Below are positions 1 through 9,947 of a stretch of 64,000 nt of DNA, piece by piece (position 1 is the stretch's first letter; each line of letters begins with the position of its first letter). The stretch lies in sequence record MN508356.1. One strand, written 5' to 3'. The notes under the pieces were generated by a model. It saw only the letters and a program-made list of their open reading frames with translations, searched no databases and had not been told where the DNA came from. This DNA comes from Acinetobacter phage VB_ApiP_XC38. Both the position numbers and the translations under genes were made by a program.

Positions 1-538
1 ATGTTTAGTACTTATCTCTCTTACTCCCTATATAAGCGTAGCTATTCATAACCTATGGTTAGATGATTCATAACTAAAAGTTTGATCATTCATAACTATA
101 AGTAATTAGACAGTTCAGAATATACTGGTACACTGCGCTTAAGGTGCCAAGCAAAGTGTAAACCTATAATATAAGTAATATATAAGTATTATATATACAT
201 ACATACTACTCATCATTAAAACTGTACGGAGTACAGTGAATTTAGGTAATTAGTTATAAACTAAATGACCTATGGTTTATTAGTATAAAGTGATATCGCT
301 ATTCACAAAATTTACTGTTTTTCCAGATAGTTTGCCACTGTCAAGCGCGCCTTACTGTCACATGTGTATTGTGTAATGTGTAATATGTGTAAAACAAAAT
401 GGATACACGCTAAGAGCGCATATCCATAACGATTAAGATAATGAGTAGTATAAATACACCAGCCCACATAAGTTCATAGATGTGATTCATCTCACAACTC
501 CTATTGATTAAGAAGAGTGAGATAACTCACTCTATTGA

Positions 539-817
539 TTAGTCAAATGACATAACACCATCTGCATTAACAGACACACCTAACTCTTTCATCTTATCTG
601 CTAACTCTTTCTTAGCTATCACTAGCTTAAGAGTATCAGCAGTATCAGAGATCTCTGCTAGATTAGATGCCTTTGATTCAGCTATGTATGTGATGCGTTC
701 AACAGCACCAATGCCTTGCTCTGCAGCTTGGAAGGTACGATCTATCATCTTAAGACCACGCATAGCTGTACCAGTTAATGCACCTACTAATGTTTGAGGT
801 TGTTGTGCTTGAGACAT
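539..817 (-). CDS. hypothetical protein (ORF extends to 847; likely starts at the internal ATG at 817)
   Basis: ORF track 539..847. AGGAG sits 7 nt upstream of the ATG at 817 (MSQAQQ...). Lies at the left-end noncoding region. Confidence 0.4.
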   Translation of the reverse strand: MSQAQQPQTLVGALTGTAMRGLKMIDRTFQAAEQGIGAVERITYIAESKASNLAEISDTADTLKLVIAKKELADKMKELGVSVNADGVMSFD

Positions 818-1059
818 GGAAATACTCCTGATTGGTTGATTGAACATTCCATCTATAAGCGTAGCGATTACCTCTTGAGTAAGAATCCTTTTTCTAACGA
901 GACATAGGGGGGAGGGTACTAAGATAGATCGAAGGGGGAGTAGATAGACCTACTACTGTACTAAAATATAAAAAATATGAAAAAGTTGAAGACCTTCTAG
1001 TTTTGACTATACCTAAACTTACCTATATCCTATCTGCAAATGAACACTAGGACTTAAAC

Positions 1060-1743
1060 ATGTTAACTAAAGACGAACTCATAGAAGCCTTACCTCCTTC
1101 TGTGCAAGGAGGAGTATCAGATGCGTTGGTTAATGAGCTTAACCAGGTAATCACTGATCCTGATTTCAGAGAAGCATTCAGAGACAACATGATCTCTTAT
1201 AACAGAGTACTTCAAGAAGGTAAGTTCAAACTATCTTCATACTTGAATGCTGTTATGTATGTATCCTACAAGTTGATGGGATATAACAACATGGATGCTT
1301 ACTCTCTTACATTCCCTCAGAAGTTTAAACAATGGGTAACTTCAGGTAAGACTAATCAAACCATCTCTGCTTCAGTAGCAATGTATAACAAGTCTAAGCT
1401 TGTTAACTTGGTTTACGCTCAAGCGGTTATTCCTACTCATGTACTTAATCAGGATAAGTTCCAAGAAGCTATTAATCATCAATACTACTTGATGAAGAAT
1501 GCTGCTAGTGAGAAGGTTCAATCTGATGCAGCTAACTCTTTGCTTATTCATCTTAAGCCACCTGAAGAGAAGAACATCAACCTTAATGTTGGTATTGAAG
1601 AGACAGACTCAATTAAAGAGTTGTATGCAGCAATTGGTAACTTGGCTGAAGCGCAGGTTAAATCAATTAAAGATAAACATTGGGATGCAGGAGCTATGGC
1701 AGCATCTCGTATTATTGAAGCAGAGGTTGTAGATGTTAGCTAA
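1060..1743 (+). CDS. hypothetical protein; possible small terminase subunit by position
   Basis: 227-aa ORF immediately upstream of the large terminase and translationally coupled to it (stop overlaps terL ATG, 'ATGTTAGCTAA'). No diagnostic motif seen. Confidence 0.35.
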   Translation: MLTKDELIEALPPSVQGGVSDALVNELNQVITDPDFREAFRDNMISYNRVLQEGKFKLSSYLNAVMYVSYKLMGYNNMDAYSLTFPQKFKQWVTSGKTNQTISASVAMYNKSKLVNLVYAQAVIPTHVLNQDKFQEAINHQYYLMKNAASEKVQSDAANSLLIHLKPPEEKNINLNVGIEETDSIKELYAAIGNLAEAQVKSIKDKHWDAGAMAASRIIEAEVVDVS

Positions 1744-3382
1744 TCCAGAACTGTTGTTAGAAGATGATGACAACACCTTTACTGATGACCTTGGTTTAGA
1801 AGTAAAGACAGTAGAAGAGTGGTTGAATACAGTATCGTATGCGCCTGATCCAAACTATGTACCAAGTAAGTTTGCAACTATGTTTGTTAACTTTATTAAG
1901 TTGGTTAATGGTGGACAAGGTGAAGAGAACGTAACACCTACTCTACACTTAAAGATGCTTGATCAAATTGATCAACCTAACTCACGTAAGATTGCAAACA
2001 TGGTACATCGTGGTGCAGCTAAGACAACTGTACTAGGTGAGTACTTGATTCTTTACTTGGCTACCTTTGGTGAGTTACCTACCTTCGGTAGAGTGGACTT
2101 TGCATTGTATGTATCGGACTCTATCGATAACGGTGTGAAGAACATGCGTAAGAACTTAGAGTATCGTTGGGAGAACTCAGACTTCTTGAAGAAGTATGTA
2201 CCTATGGCTAAGTTCACGGACATTCATTGGCACTTTAAGAACAAGGAAGGTAAAGAGTTTATTGTTAAAGGTTATGGTGCTAAGACAGGTGTTCGTGGTA
2301 CTAAGGCCAATGGTAAGCGACCACAGTTAGCTATCCTAGATGACTTGGTATCGGATGAGGATGCTCGTTCTAAGACAATGATTGCTGCTATTGAAGATAC
2401 AGTTCATAAAGCAATTGACCATGCGATGCATCCAACTAGAAGTAAGATCATCTGGTCAGGTACTCCCTTTAATGCGAGTGATCCTTTGTATAAAGCATTA
2501 GAGTCTGGTGCATGGGCAGTTAACTGTTATCCAGTATGTGAGCGATTCCCTTGTACACGTGCAGAGTTCAGAGGATCATGGGAAGATCGCTTTACTTATG
2601 ACTATGTGAAGCGTAAGTACTTAGAAGCAATGAAGTCAGGTACTATTCATACGTTTAACCAGGAGCTTATGCTTCGTATTATGTCTGATGAAGATCGTCT
2701 AGTTCATGATGGGGATATCAACTGGTATAAGCGTGGTGATGTACTTAAGGAGATGCATAAGTACAACTTCTACATCACTACTGACTATGCAACTACAGAA
2801 GATCAGTCTGGTGACTTTGCCTTTACTTCAGTATGGGCTGTTAACTCTAGTGGTCACAAGTTCTGGGTAGATGGTGTATGTGCTCGTCAATCAATGGATA
2901 AGAACGTAGATGATCTGTTCCGGTTTGCTCAGCGATATAAACCAATGAGTGTTGGTATTGAGGTCACTGGTCAACAAGAAGGATTCATTTCATGGATTCG
3001 TGCAGAGATGGGAAGACGCAAAGTTTACTTCAATCTGGCAAGTAGCGGAAACTCATCACGTGCAGGTATCAGACCTAACACAAATAAATTACAGCGATTC
3101 ATGACTGTTGTTCCTTGGTTTAAGTTAGGTGAGATGTTCTTCCCTGAAGAATGTAGAAATGATCCTACTATGATTGAGATGATGGAAGAATTGAAGTTAG
3201 CATCTGCCAATGGTCTTAAGTCTAAGCATGATGACGCTATTGATACTATCAGTATGCTAGGTTTAATGAATATACTGTTGCCTGGAGAAGAAGCTCCTAT
3301 GCAATACAATGAGTCCTCTGGTGTGTTTGAAGCTTATGTTTCACATGACGAGGTTACTACTTTCTCAACATATACGGTGTAA
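1733..3382 (+). CDS. terL: terminase large subunit
   Basis: Deviant Walker A 'HRGAAKTTV', Walker B-like 'LAILDDLVSDED'. C-terminal RNase H-like nuclease motifs 'ITTDYATTED' and 'SKHDDAIDTISM' typical of terminase nuclease domains. 549 aa, followed by portal. Confidence 0.85.
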   Translation: MLANPELLLEDDDNTFTDDLGLEVKTVEEWLNTVSYAPDPNYVPSKFATMFVNFIKLVNGGQGEENVTPTLHLKMLDQIDQPNSRKIANMVHRGAAKTTVLGEYLILYLATFGELPTFGRVDFALYVSDSIDNGVKNMRKNLEYRWENSDFLKKYVPMAKFTDIHWHFKNKEGKEFIVKGYGAKTGVRGTKANGKRPQLAILDDLVSDEDARSKTMIAAIEDTVHKAIDHAMHPTRSKIIWSGTPFNASDPLYKALESGAWAVNCYPVCERFPCTRAEFRGSWEDRFTYDYVKRKYLEAMKSGTIHTFNQELMLRIMSDEDRLVHDGDINWYKRGDVLKEMHKYNFYITTDYATTEDQSGDFAFTSVWAVNSSGHKFWVDGVCARQSMDKNVDDLFRFAQRYKPMSVGIEVTGQQEGFISWIRAEMGRRKVYFNLASSGNSSRAGIRPNTNKLQRFMTVVPWFKLGEMFFPEECRNDPTMIEMMEELKLASANGLKSKHDDAIDTISMLGLMNILLPGEEAPMQYNESSGVFEAYVSHDEVTTFSTYTV

Positions 3383-3385
3383 TCT

Positions 3386-4138
3386 ATGTTCCTACAAGAT
3401 GTATACGATGCGCTATGCGCTGCAGAGTTCCAACTATCATCCATTGGTGATACTGGTGAAATTAAACCAGAGAAGAGAGCTTTAGTTAATACTATTATCC
3501 AATCTGGTATTACTGATATTAATAAGTACTTCACTCTTAAAGAGGGTGAGCTATTACTTCGTACGAAGAATGGTAAGAACAAGTACGAGTTAGTGCCGGA
3601 GAATGCTGTATCTACTGGTAATCAGTTTGGGTTTATTATTGATAGTGTAGATGATCCTTTTATTGGGGATATTCTGCAGATTACTCAGATACATGACTCA
3701 AAAGGTAAGTCTCTTTGGCTGAATGCTGACACTACTCATCGTGTTGATACTGATGATATCTTTGGGTATCACCCAGGATTAGTACAGAAGAGTGGTATCA
3801 ATATGGTGAATTATAATACCCTTAAGTTCCCTGAAGGCCATGAAGCTGATGATTACTTGGTGAAGTATAAGGCCAAGCTTAAACCAGTAGAAAGAAACTC
3901 AGATCCTACTACTACATTCTTGGAATTACCTGATGTTTACTTAGGTGCATTGTGTAACTACGTTGCGTCACGTTTCTTCAACCCTAAGGGTGCAGAGACT
4001 ATTGGTCGTGGTATGTTCCATGGTGGTAATAACTACTGGACTAAGTATAAAGAGGACATTGAAACTCTACGTGCTAACATGGCAAGTATTAGTTCATTAG
4101 GTGAAACTACCAAGTTTGAAACTGGTGGATGGGTATAA
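3386..4138 (+). CDS. hypothetical protein (packaging/structural module)
   Basis: 250-aa ORF 4 nt after terL, same operon. Followed by a terminator. Confidence 0.4.
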   Translation: MFLQDVYDALCAAEFQLSSIGDTGEIKPEKRALVNTIIQSGITDINKYFTLKEGELLLRTKNGKNKYELVPENAVSTGNQFGFIIDSVDDPFIGDILQITQIHDSKGKSLWLNADTTHRVDTDDIFGYHPGLVQKSGINMVNYNTLKFPEGHEADDYLVKYKAKLKPVERNSDPTTTFLELPDVYLGALCNYVASRFFNPKGAETIGRGMFHGGNNYWTKYKEDIETLRANMASISSLGETTKFETGGWV

Positions 4139-4154
4139 ACCCTAGATACAAAGA

Positions 4155-4181
4155 AGCCCTCAATTAAGAGGGCTTTTTGTT
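4155..4181 (+). terminator. rho-independent terminator
   Basis: Hairpin 'gccctc-aattaa-gagggc' followed by TTTTT. Confidence 0.6.
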
Positions 4182-4286
4182 TCGGAATGACAACCAATCA
4201 GGCTTGACTTGATATTAGTTATCTTAAGGATAGAAGTCAACACTTAATTTAATGTAGACTTGCTACATCTTAAATAGGAATGCGTT

Positions 4287-6491
4287 ATGGAAATTAATTT
4301 AAACCAACCTGTTCAGGTTCAGGGTAAGTTAACGAACTGGAAAAATGAACCAGATATTCGTGATCTTAAACAGGATCTGACAGAAGCAACTAGCTACTAC
4401 TCTACCCAAACCGGGAAGATTGAACGCTGGCTAAACGTGCTTCACATGGAAGGTAGTGCTAAACCAGTTACAGCTGATGGTAAGAGTAAGGTTGCTCCTA
4501 AGCTTGTGCGTACACAAGCAGAGTGGCGTTATTCAGCCTTGTCAGAAGTATTCTTGTCTAGTACTGACTTGTTTAATGTGAATCCTGTTACATGGGAAGA
4601 CGTTAAGGCAGCAGAACAGAATGAGCTAATTCTGAATAATCAGTTTGATACTAAGATTGATAAGGTTGCTTTCATCGATAAGATGATTCGTACTTGTGTC
4701 AATGAAGGTACTGCTATTCTCCGTACTGGATGGAACCACAAAGTAGAGAAGGTTACTCAAGAAGTACCTAACTTTATGATGTATGAAGATCCTTCTTTTA
4801 TGCCTGAATTACAGCAGCATCTACAGATGATGCAACAGCAACCAGATTATTTAGAAGATCAACCTGAAGAAATCAAATTAGCTGTAGAGCAATCACAAAT
4901 TCAAGGTGTACCTATTCGTGTATTCAAACAAGGTACTCGAATGGAGACTACTGAGAAGGTAATTGCAAACCACCCAACAGTAGAAGTAGTAGACTTCACT
5001 TCAATCTATGTTGACCCTACTTGCCAAGGCGATTTAAGTAGGGCCAATTTCATTATTCATAAGTTCGAGACTTCTATGTCTGACCTAAAGAGAGATGGTC
5101 GATATAAGAACCTTGATAAAATTGTTGTTCAGAATGCAACAGTAACATCCGATATAGGAAGCCAATATGACTCATCAAACCCACCAGGTTCATTCACCTT
5201 CAAAGATGAAGCGCGTAAAAAAATGTATGCATACGAGTACTGGGGATATTACGATTTTGACGATTCTGGCATTGCTCGCCCTATGGTATGCACTTGGGTT
5301 GGTGACACGATAATCCGATTAGAAGAGAACCCTTATCCTGATAAGCAGTTCCCTTTTGTATTCATTCCATTCATGCCTGTTAAGGGATCTTTGTATGGCG
5401 AACCTGATGCTGAGTTACTGGAAGATAACCAGAAGATTAAAGGTGCTGTAACACGAGGCATCATTGATCTGTTAGCTAAGACTTCTGCAGGTCAGACTGG
5501 ATTCATGAAAGGAGCTATGGATTCTGTAAACATGCATAAGTTCCGTACTGGTCAAGACTTCGAGTTCAATCCTGGACAACACCCACAGTATGCCATTCAA
5601 ACTCAGACCTTTGCTGATATTCCAGAGTCTGCTCCATTTATGTTGCAGATGGTGAATACGGATTCTGAATCATTGACTGGTGTGCGTGCCTTTGCAGGAA
5701 CAGGTGTTACTGGTGTTAACTTAGGACAAACAGCAGAAGCTGTACGTACTGCTACAGATGCAGCAACCAAACGTGAGATTGGTATTGTTCGTAGACTTGG
5801 TAATGGTATGGTTCAAGTAGCACGTAAGTTCTTAACCATGAATGCTATGTTCTTGGAAGAGGAAGAAGTAGTACGTGTTACTAATGACAACTTTGTTCCT
5901 GTTAAACGTGATGACTTAGCAGGTAACTTTGATCTACGTATTAATATCTCTACTCCAGAGGAAGACGTAAGTAGATCTCAACAGCTTAGCTTTATGATGC
6001 AAACTCTAGGTAATAACTTACCTCCTGAATTGCCTATTAAGATTATGGCTAAGATTGCTAAGTTGCATAAGATGCCTGATCTAGCTAACTACTTGGATAA
6101 CTGGCAACCTCAGCCTGATCCAATGCAAGAAGCTCTTAAACAACTTGAGATTGCTAAGATCCAAGCAGAAACTGCATTGCTTAATGCTCAAGCTCGTGAA
6201 GCAGATGCTAAGTCATTTGTACAAGGTGCTAAGGTTGGTGTTGAACAAGCTCGTGCAGGTCAGATGCAAAGTCAGACTGACAAGAACAACTTGGACTTCT
6301 ACAACAAAGCCAATGGCATTGATCATGCAAATGCTAAAGACTTGCAACAACAGAAGTTGGATACTGATATTGTTAAGGATACCCTTAAGAATCAGAACAA
6401 CCTTGACTTGGCTAACAAGCAACATAACACTGCTTTGTTGTTAGAGCATGCTAAGGCAAGTTTGCAACCAAAAGAAAAATCTGTATCATAG
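4287..6491 (+). CDS. portal protein (N4 gp59-like by size and position)
   Basis: 734-aa ORF just downstream of terL. Q/N/K-rich coiled-coil C-terminal tail. Gene order terminase>portal>scaffold>capsid. Confidence 0.6.
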   Translation: MEINLNQPVQVQGKLTNWKNEPDIRDLKQDLTEATSYYSTQTGKIERWLNVLHMEGSAKPVTADGKSKVAPKLVRTQAEWRYSALSEVFLSSTDLFNVNPVTWEDVKAAEQNELILNNQFDTKIDKVAFIDKMIRTCVNEGTAILRTGWNHKVEKVTQEVPNFMMYEDPSFMPELQQHLQMMQQQPDYLEDQPEEIKLAVEQSQIQGVPIRVFKQGTRMETTEKVIANHPTVEVVDFTSIYVDPTCQGDLSRANFIIHKFETSMSDLKRDGRYKNLDKIVVQNATVTSDIGSQYDSSNPPGSFTFKDEARKKMYAYEYWGYYDFDDSGIARPMVCTWVGDTIIRLEENPYPDKQFPFVFIPFMPVKGSLYGEPDAELLEDNQKIKGAVTRGIIDLLAKTSAGQTGFMKGAMDSVNMHKFRTGQDFEFNPGQHPQYAIQTQTFADIPESAPFMLQMVNTDSESLTGVRAFAGTGVTGVNLGQTAEAVRTATDAATKREIGIVRRLGNGMVQVARKFLTMNAMFLEEEEVVRVTNDNFVPVKRDDLAGNFDLRINISTPEEDVSRSQQLSFMMQTLGNNLPPELPIKIMAKIAKLHKMPDLANYLDNWQPQPDPMQEALKQLEIAKIQAETALLNAQAREADAKSFVQGAKVGVEQARAGQMQSQTDKNNLDFYNKANGIDHANAKDLQQQKLDTDIVKDTLKNQNNLDLANKQHNTALLLEHAKASLQPKEKSVS

Positions 6492-6536
6492 GCCACAACA
6501 GGGTTAGGTAACTAACCCTTTACTTTAGGAAGAGCA

Positions 6537-6851
6537 ATGAACAAGTTAGACCAAGATATCCTAGACCTCCAAGAACTAAAGAAGACGTTAGTGTCTTTAG
6601 AGAGACTCAATCGTAATCCAGACTTTCAAAGAGTAATCTTAAAGAACTTCTTGGAAGAACACCCTCTTGCACTTGTGAAGAGTAAAGGTACATTAGGAAT
6701 CAAACCAGAAACCATTGTAGACATAGAAAGACAACTCGATTGTGTAGCACTGTTTAATATGTATCTACAGAACTTAAATGCTCAGATAGCTGACATTGAC
6801 TTAAGAATAGTTGAAGCAGAAACCTTAAGAGCAAACGAAACAAGGAACTAA
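6537..6851 (+). CDS. hypothetical protein
   Basis: 104-aa ORF between portal and scaffold-like gene. Weak hairpin 'gggttag-gtaa-ctaaccc' upstream. Confidence 0.4.
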   Translation: MNKLDQDILDLQELKKTLVSLERLNRNPDFQRVILKNFLEEHPLALVKSKGTLGIKPETIVDIERQLDCVALFNMYLQNLNAQIADIDLRIVEAETLRANETRN

Positions 6852-6853
6852 AT

Positions 6854-8098
6854 ATGTCTATCGACTACGCAAACTTAACACTTGAGCAATTGGAATCTAT
6901 GTCAGATGAAGACTTTGCTAAGTTAGATCCATCTAAGTTAGGTGAAGCAACTCCATCTACAGAAGAACAACCTCCAGTAGAAGCGCCAGTAGATACTCCT
7001 CCAGTAGCTGATGAACCACCTCCTGTAGAGCAGGAACCAGAACAACAACCACAACCTGATCCTGAGCCTGCGAGTGAAGACACAGCAAATGGGACTGCGA
7101 GCGAAGCGGAGCAGACCCAAGCAGCTGATGTCGTAACGGAGCAAGGCGAAGGTATTAACCCAACACAAGAACAGCAACCTCAAGAACAACAGCCTACTAC
7201 CGTAGCTGATTCACCTGAGAAAGCTTTCTATGACAAGGTTACTGCAGGGTTTAAAGCCAATGGTAAGACCTACAAGATTGATAACCCTGATGACTTAATT
7301 GCATTAGCTCAACAAGGTCTTAACTACAATCAGAAGATGGCAGCTATTAAACCATCATTAAAGATTGTACGTGCTTTACAAGAACGTGGTATTGAATCAC
7401 TTGAACAGTTAGGTGAATTGTTTGACTTACATGACAGAAAGCCTGAAGCAATTGCTGCTTTAGTACAGAAGTCAGGTATTGATACATATCAACTGGAAGA
7501 ACAAGCTAAGGCTTATGTTCCGTCAGTACCTCAAGTCAATGATCAACTCTTTGAGTTTGAACAAGCTGCTAAAGCATTAGAGGGTAATCCTCACTTTGGT
7601 ACAGTGGTTCAAAACTTACAGACGTATGATGATCAAACACGACAAGAGATCTTTACTAAACCACACTTGTTGAATGTATTAACAGACCATGTAGCTAATG
7701 GTTATTATGATCAGATTATGGCTCGTCTTGAAATTGAACAAGCAACAGGTCGTACTCGTGGTATGTCATTCCTACAAGCTTATGATGCAATTGGACAGCA
7801 AATGTTTGGTCAGCCACAGCAGCAACCAGTTAATGTACCACCTGCTAACTACCAGAGTAACATCTCTGCTCACGGTAACCCACCTGTTCAATTAGCAACC
7901 CAATCTGCTCCTGTGCAAGTAGTTGCTAAACCAGTACATGTTGCACAAAAACAAAATACAAGTAATAATGCAGCACGAAAGGCTGCTGCTAGTACAACTG
8001 GCACAGCTACAACAGTTCAGAAGATAGTAATGACCCCCGATGAGTTATGGGCACTATCTGATGAAGAGTTTGCAAAGATTAATCCGAAATACCTTTAA
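6854..8098 (+). CDS. scaffolding-like protein (acidic, Pro/Gln-rich, terminal repeat motif)
   Basis: Sits between portal and capsid. N-terminal acidic PPVE/PEQQ low-complexity tract. Near-identical motif at both termini ('LTLEQLESMSDEDFAKLDPSKL' and 'TPDELWALSDEEFAKINPKYL'). Confidence 0.45.
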   Translation: MSIDYANLTLEQLESMSDEDFAKLDPSKLGEATPSTEEQPPVEAPVDTPPVADEPPPVEQEPEQQPQPDPEPASEDTANGTASEAEQTQAADVVTEQGEGINPTQEQQPQEQQPTTVADSPEKAFYDKVTAGFKANGKTYKIDNPDDLIALAQQGLNYNQKMAAIKPSLKIVRALQERGIESLEQLGELFDLHDRKPEAIAALVQKSGIDTYQLEEQAKAYVPSVPQVNDQLFEFEQAAKALEGNPHFGTVVQNLQTYDDQTRQEIFTKPHLLNVLTDHVANGYYDQIMARLEIEQATGRTRGMSFLQAYDAIGQQMFGQPQQQPVNVPPANYQSNISAHGNPPVQLATQSAPVQVVAKPVHVAQKQNTSNNAARKAAASTTGTATTVQKIVMTPDELWALSDEEFAKINPKYL

Positions 8099-8112
8099 AG
8101 GAAATTTAAACT

Positions 8113-9282
8113 ATGGCACATTTTTATAATGATCCTACAGGTGGTAACCCATCTACAGTTGGTACTCAATTACGCGACTTCTACTATGCTCGTGATGCAA
8201 TCACAGAAGTAGCAAAAGAACAGTACTTCTCTCAACTTGCTTCTGTTACAGATATGCCTAAGCATTATGGTAAGCGTATTAAACGTTATATCTATGTGCC
8301 TTTACTTGATGACCGTAACAAAAACGATCAGGGTATTGACGCTACTGGTGTTGCGATTAAAGACGGTAACCTTTACGGCTCTAGTAAAGACGTAGGCTTT
8401 ATTGCAGGCAAGATGCCAGTATTATCTGAAACAGGTGGTCGTGTTAACCGTGTAGGTTTCGTACGTAAAACTCTTGAAGGTACGTTCCAGAACTACGGTT
8501 ACTTCATGGAATACTCAGAAGACTCATTGAACTTCGATACAGATGAACAGTTGATGCAACACATTAACCGCGAAATGTTGAAAGGTGCAAACGAAATCTC
8601 TGAAGCTCTTATCCAGTTAGACTTGCTTAACAACGCAGGCGTTACTAAATATGCAGGTGTTGCTACTTCAGCTGCTGAAATTGGTAAAGACAGTATCGTT
8701 ACTTTTGAAGACCTTGTTAACCTCGTTACTGACCTGGACAACAACCGTACTCCAAAAGATACGAAGATCATCTCTGGTTCTACAAATATCGATACTAAAA
8801 CCATTAACGCTGCTCGCTTAATGTATATCGGTTCTGAACTTAAGAACACTCTTCGTAAACAAACAGACTTCTTCAATAACCCTGCATTTGTTGGTGTTCA
8901 ACACTACGCTGCTGCAACCAAACCTCTTCGTGGTGAAATTGGTTCTATCGATGAGTTCCGTATCATCGTAGTTCCTGAAATGATGAAGTGGGCAGGTGCT
9001 GGTCAAGCTGCAACTACTGGTGATGGCGTACACGTTACTGACGGTAAAGTAGACGTATTCCCAATGTTGGTTGTTGGTTCTGAATCATTCACTACTATCG
9101 GCTTCCAATCAGATGCCAAGTCTGTGAAGTTCAAGATCATCCACAAAAAGCCTGGGCCTGAGATGGCTACTCCTGCAGATCCATACGGTAAGATGGGCTT
9201 TATGTCTATTCAATGGTGGTATGGCTTCATGGTAATCCGTCCAGAGCGTATTGCCTTGATCAAAACTGCTGCATTAATCTAA
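8113..9282 (+). CDS. major capsid protein (by position, size and flanking strong terminator)
   Basis: 389-aa ORF after scaffold-like gene with AGGAAA RBS. Immediately followed by a strong terminator. Size matches N4-type MCP (~400 aa). Confidence 0.6.
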   Translation: MAHFYNDPTGGNPSTVGTQLRDFYYARDAITEVAKEQYFSQLASVTDMPKHYGKRIKRYIYVPLLDDRNKNDQGIDATGVAIKDGNLYGSSKDVGFIAGKMPVLSETGGRVNRVGFVRKTLEGTFQNYGYFMEYSEDSLNFDTDEQLMQHINREMLKGANEISEALIQLDLLNNAGVTKYAGVATSAAEIGKDSIVTFEDLVNLVTDLDNNRTPKDTKIISGSTNIDTKTINAARLMYIGSELKNTLRKQTDFFNNPAFVGVQHYAAATKPLRGEIGSIDEFRIIVVPEMMKWAGAGQAATTGDGVHVTDGKVDVFPMLVVGSESFTTIGFQSDAKSVKFKIIHKKPGPEMATPADPYGKMGFMSIQWWYGFMVIRPERIALIKTAALI

Positions 9283-9291
9283 TATCACTAA

Positions 9292-9319
9292 AGGGGAGCT
9301 AAGCCTCCCCTTTATTTTC
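9292..9319 (+). terminator. rho-independent terminator after capsid gene
   Basis: Hairpin 'aggggag-ctaagc-ctcccct' followed by TTATTTT. Confidence 0.7.
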
Positions 9320-9345
9320 AGCTTAATATTCGTAAAGGAAATCCC

Positions 9346-9936
9346 ATGTCAGATGTTCAACAAACTCAAAACACTCTTAGTGAAGAACAGCAAGTTCAAG
9401 CAATTGCATCTCTTAAGAAACAAGCAGATCGCTTGGGTGTTACATATAAATCAAACGTATCAGTGGCAACATTGCAAAAAGCTATTCAAGCTAAGCTTGA
9501 TGGCGAACCAGACGAAAGTGAGGGTAATACAGAAGTGGATACTAAATCGAAACGCCAATCAGAAGCAGAACAGCTTGAAGCTCTCCACGACAAGGCTATG
9601 AAGCTTGTACGTGTAATCGTTACACCTATGGAAGCGACTAAAGCAGCTAACCTTGAATCAGAAATCTTCTGTGCAGGTAACTCTAAACTAGGTACAGTTA
9701 AACGCTTAGTAGTATTTGGTGAACCATGGCACGTAGAGCAAATCCTTCTTAACTCTATTAAAGAGAAGAAGTACCAAATGTTTACAACTAAGAAGAATGC
9801 TCGTGGTATCGAGATTACTTCTGCAAAATTAGTCCCTGCTTATGCGATTAACGTTCTTCCTGACTTAACAGAAGAAGAATTAAAAGAGCTTGCAGATCAC
9901 CAAGTTCGTACACGCTCATTAGCTGACGAAGATTAA
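9346..9936 (+). CDS. hypothetical virion-module protein
   Basis: 196-aa ORF with AGGAAA RBS. The overlapping 82-aa alternate-frame ORF 9353..9601 is judged spurious. Confidence 0.45.
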   Translation: MSDVQQTQNTLSEEQQVQAIASLKKQADRLGVTYKSNVSVATLQKAIQAKLDGEPDESEGNTEVDTKSKRQSEAEQLEALHDKAMKLVRVIVTPMEATKAANLESEIFCAGNSKLGTVKRLVVFGEPWHVEQILLNSIKEKKYQMFTTKKNARGIEITSAKLVPAYAINVLPDLTEEELKELADHQVRTRSLADED

Positions 9937-9947
9937 GGATAAACATC

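Noticed and set aside
221-237. LexA/SOS-box interpretation of CTGT...ACAG palindromes and the multiple TACTGT half-sites in the left region.
   Set aside because: Spacing between half-sites is N7, N6 and N13 rather than a fixed N8, and partner half-sites are missing for the isolated TACTGT copies.
1499-1732. 77-aa ORF in an alternate frame within the 227-aa gene.
   Set aside because: Fully nested in a better-supported ORF. Leu/Arg-rich frame artefact.
6145-6444. Alternate-frame and antisense ORFs inside portal (6145-6444 +, 6213-6425 −), scaffold (6865-7083 −, 6938-7189 −), vRNAP (18410-19174 and others), fibre (41660-41875, 42903-43154, 44451-44705, 46104-46325) and polymerase genes.
   Set aside because: Embedded in longer, motif-supported ORFs. 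Low-complexity or Leu/Ser/Cys-rich translations are typical of out-of-frame reads. No RBS.
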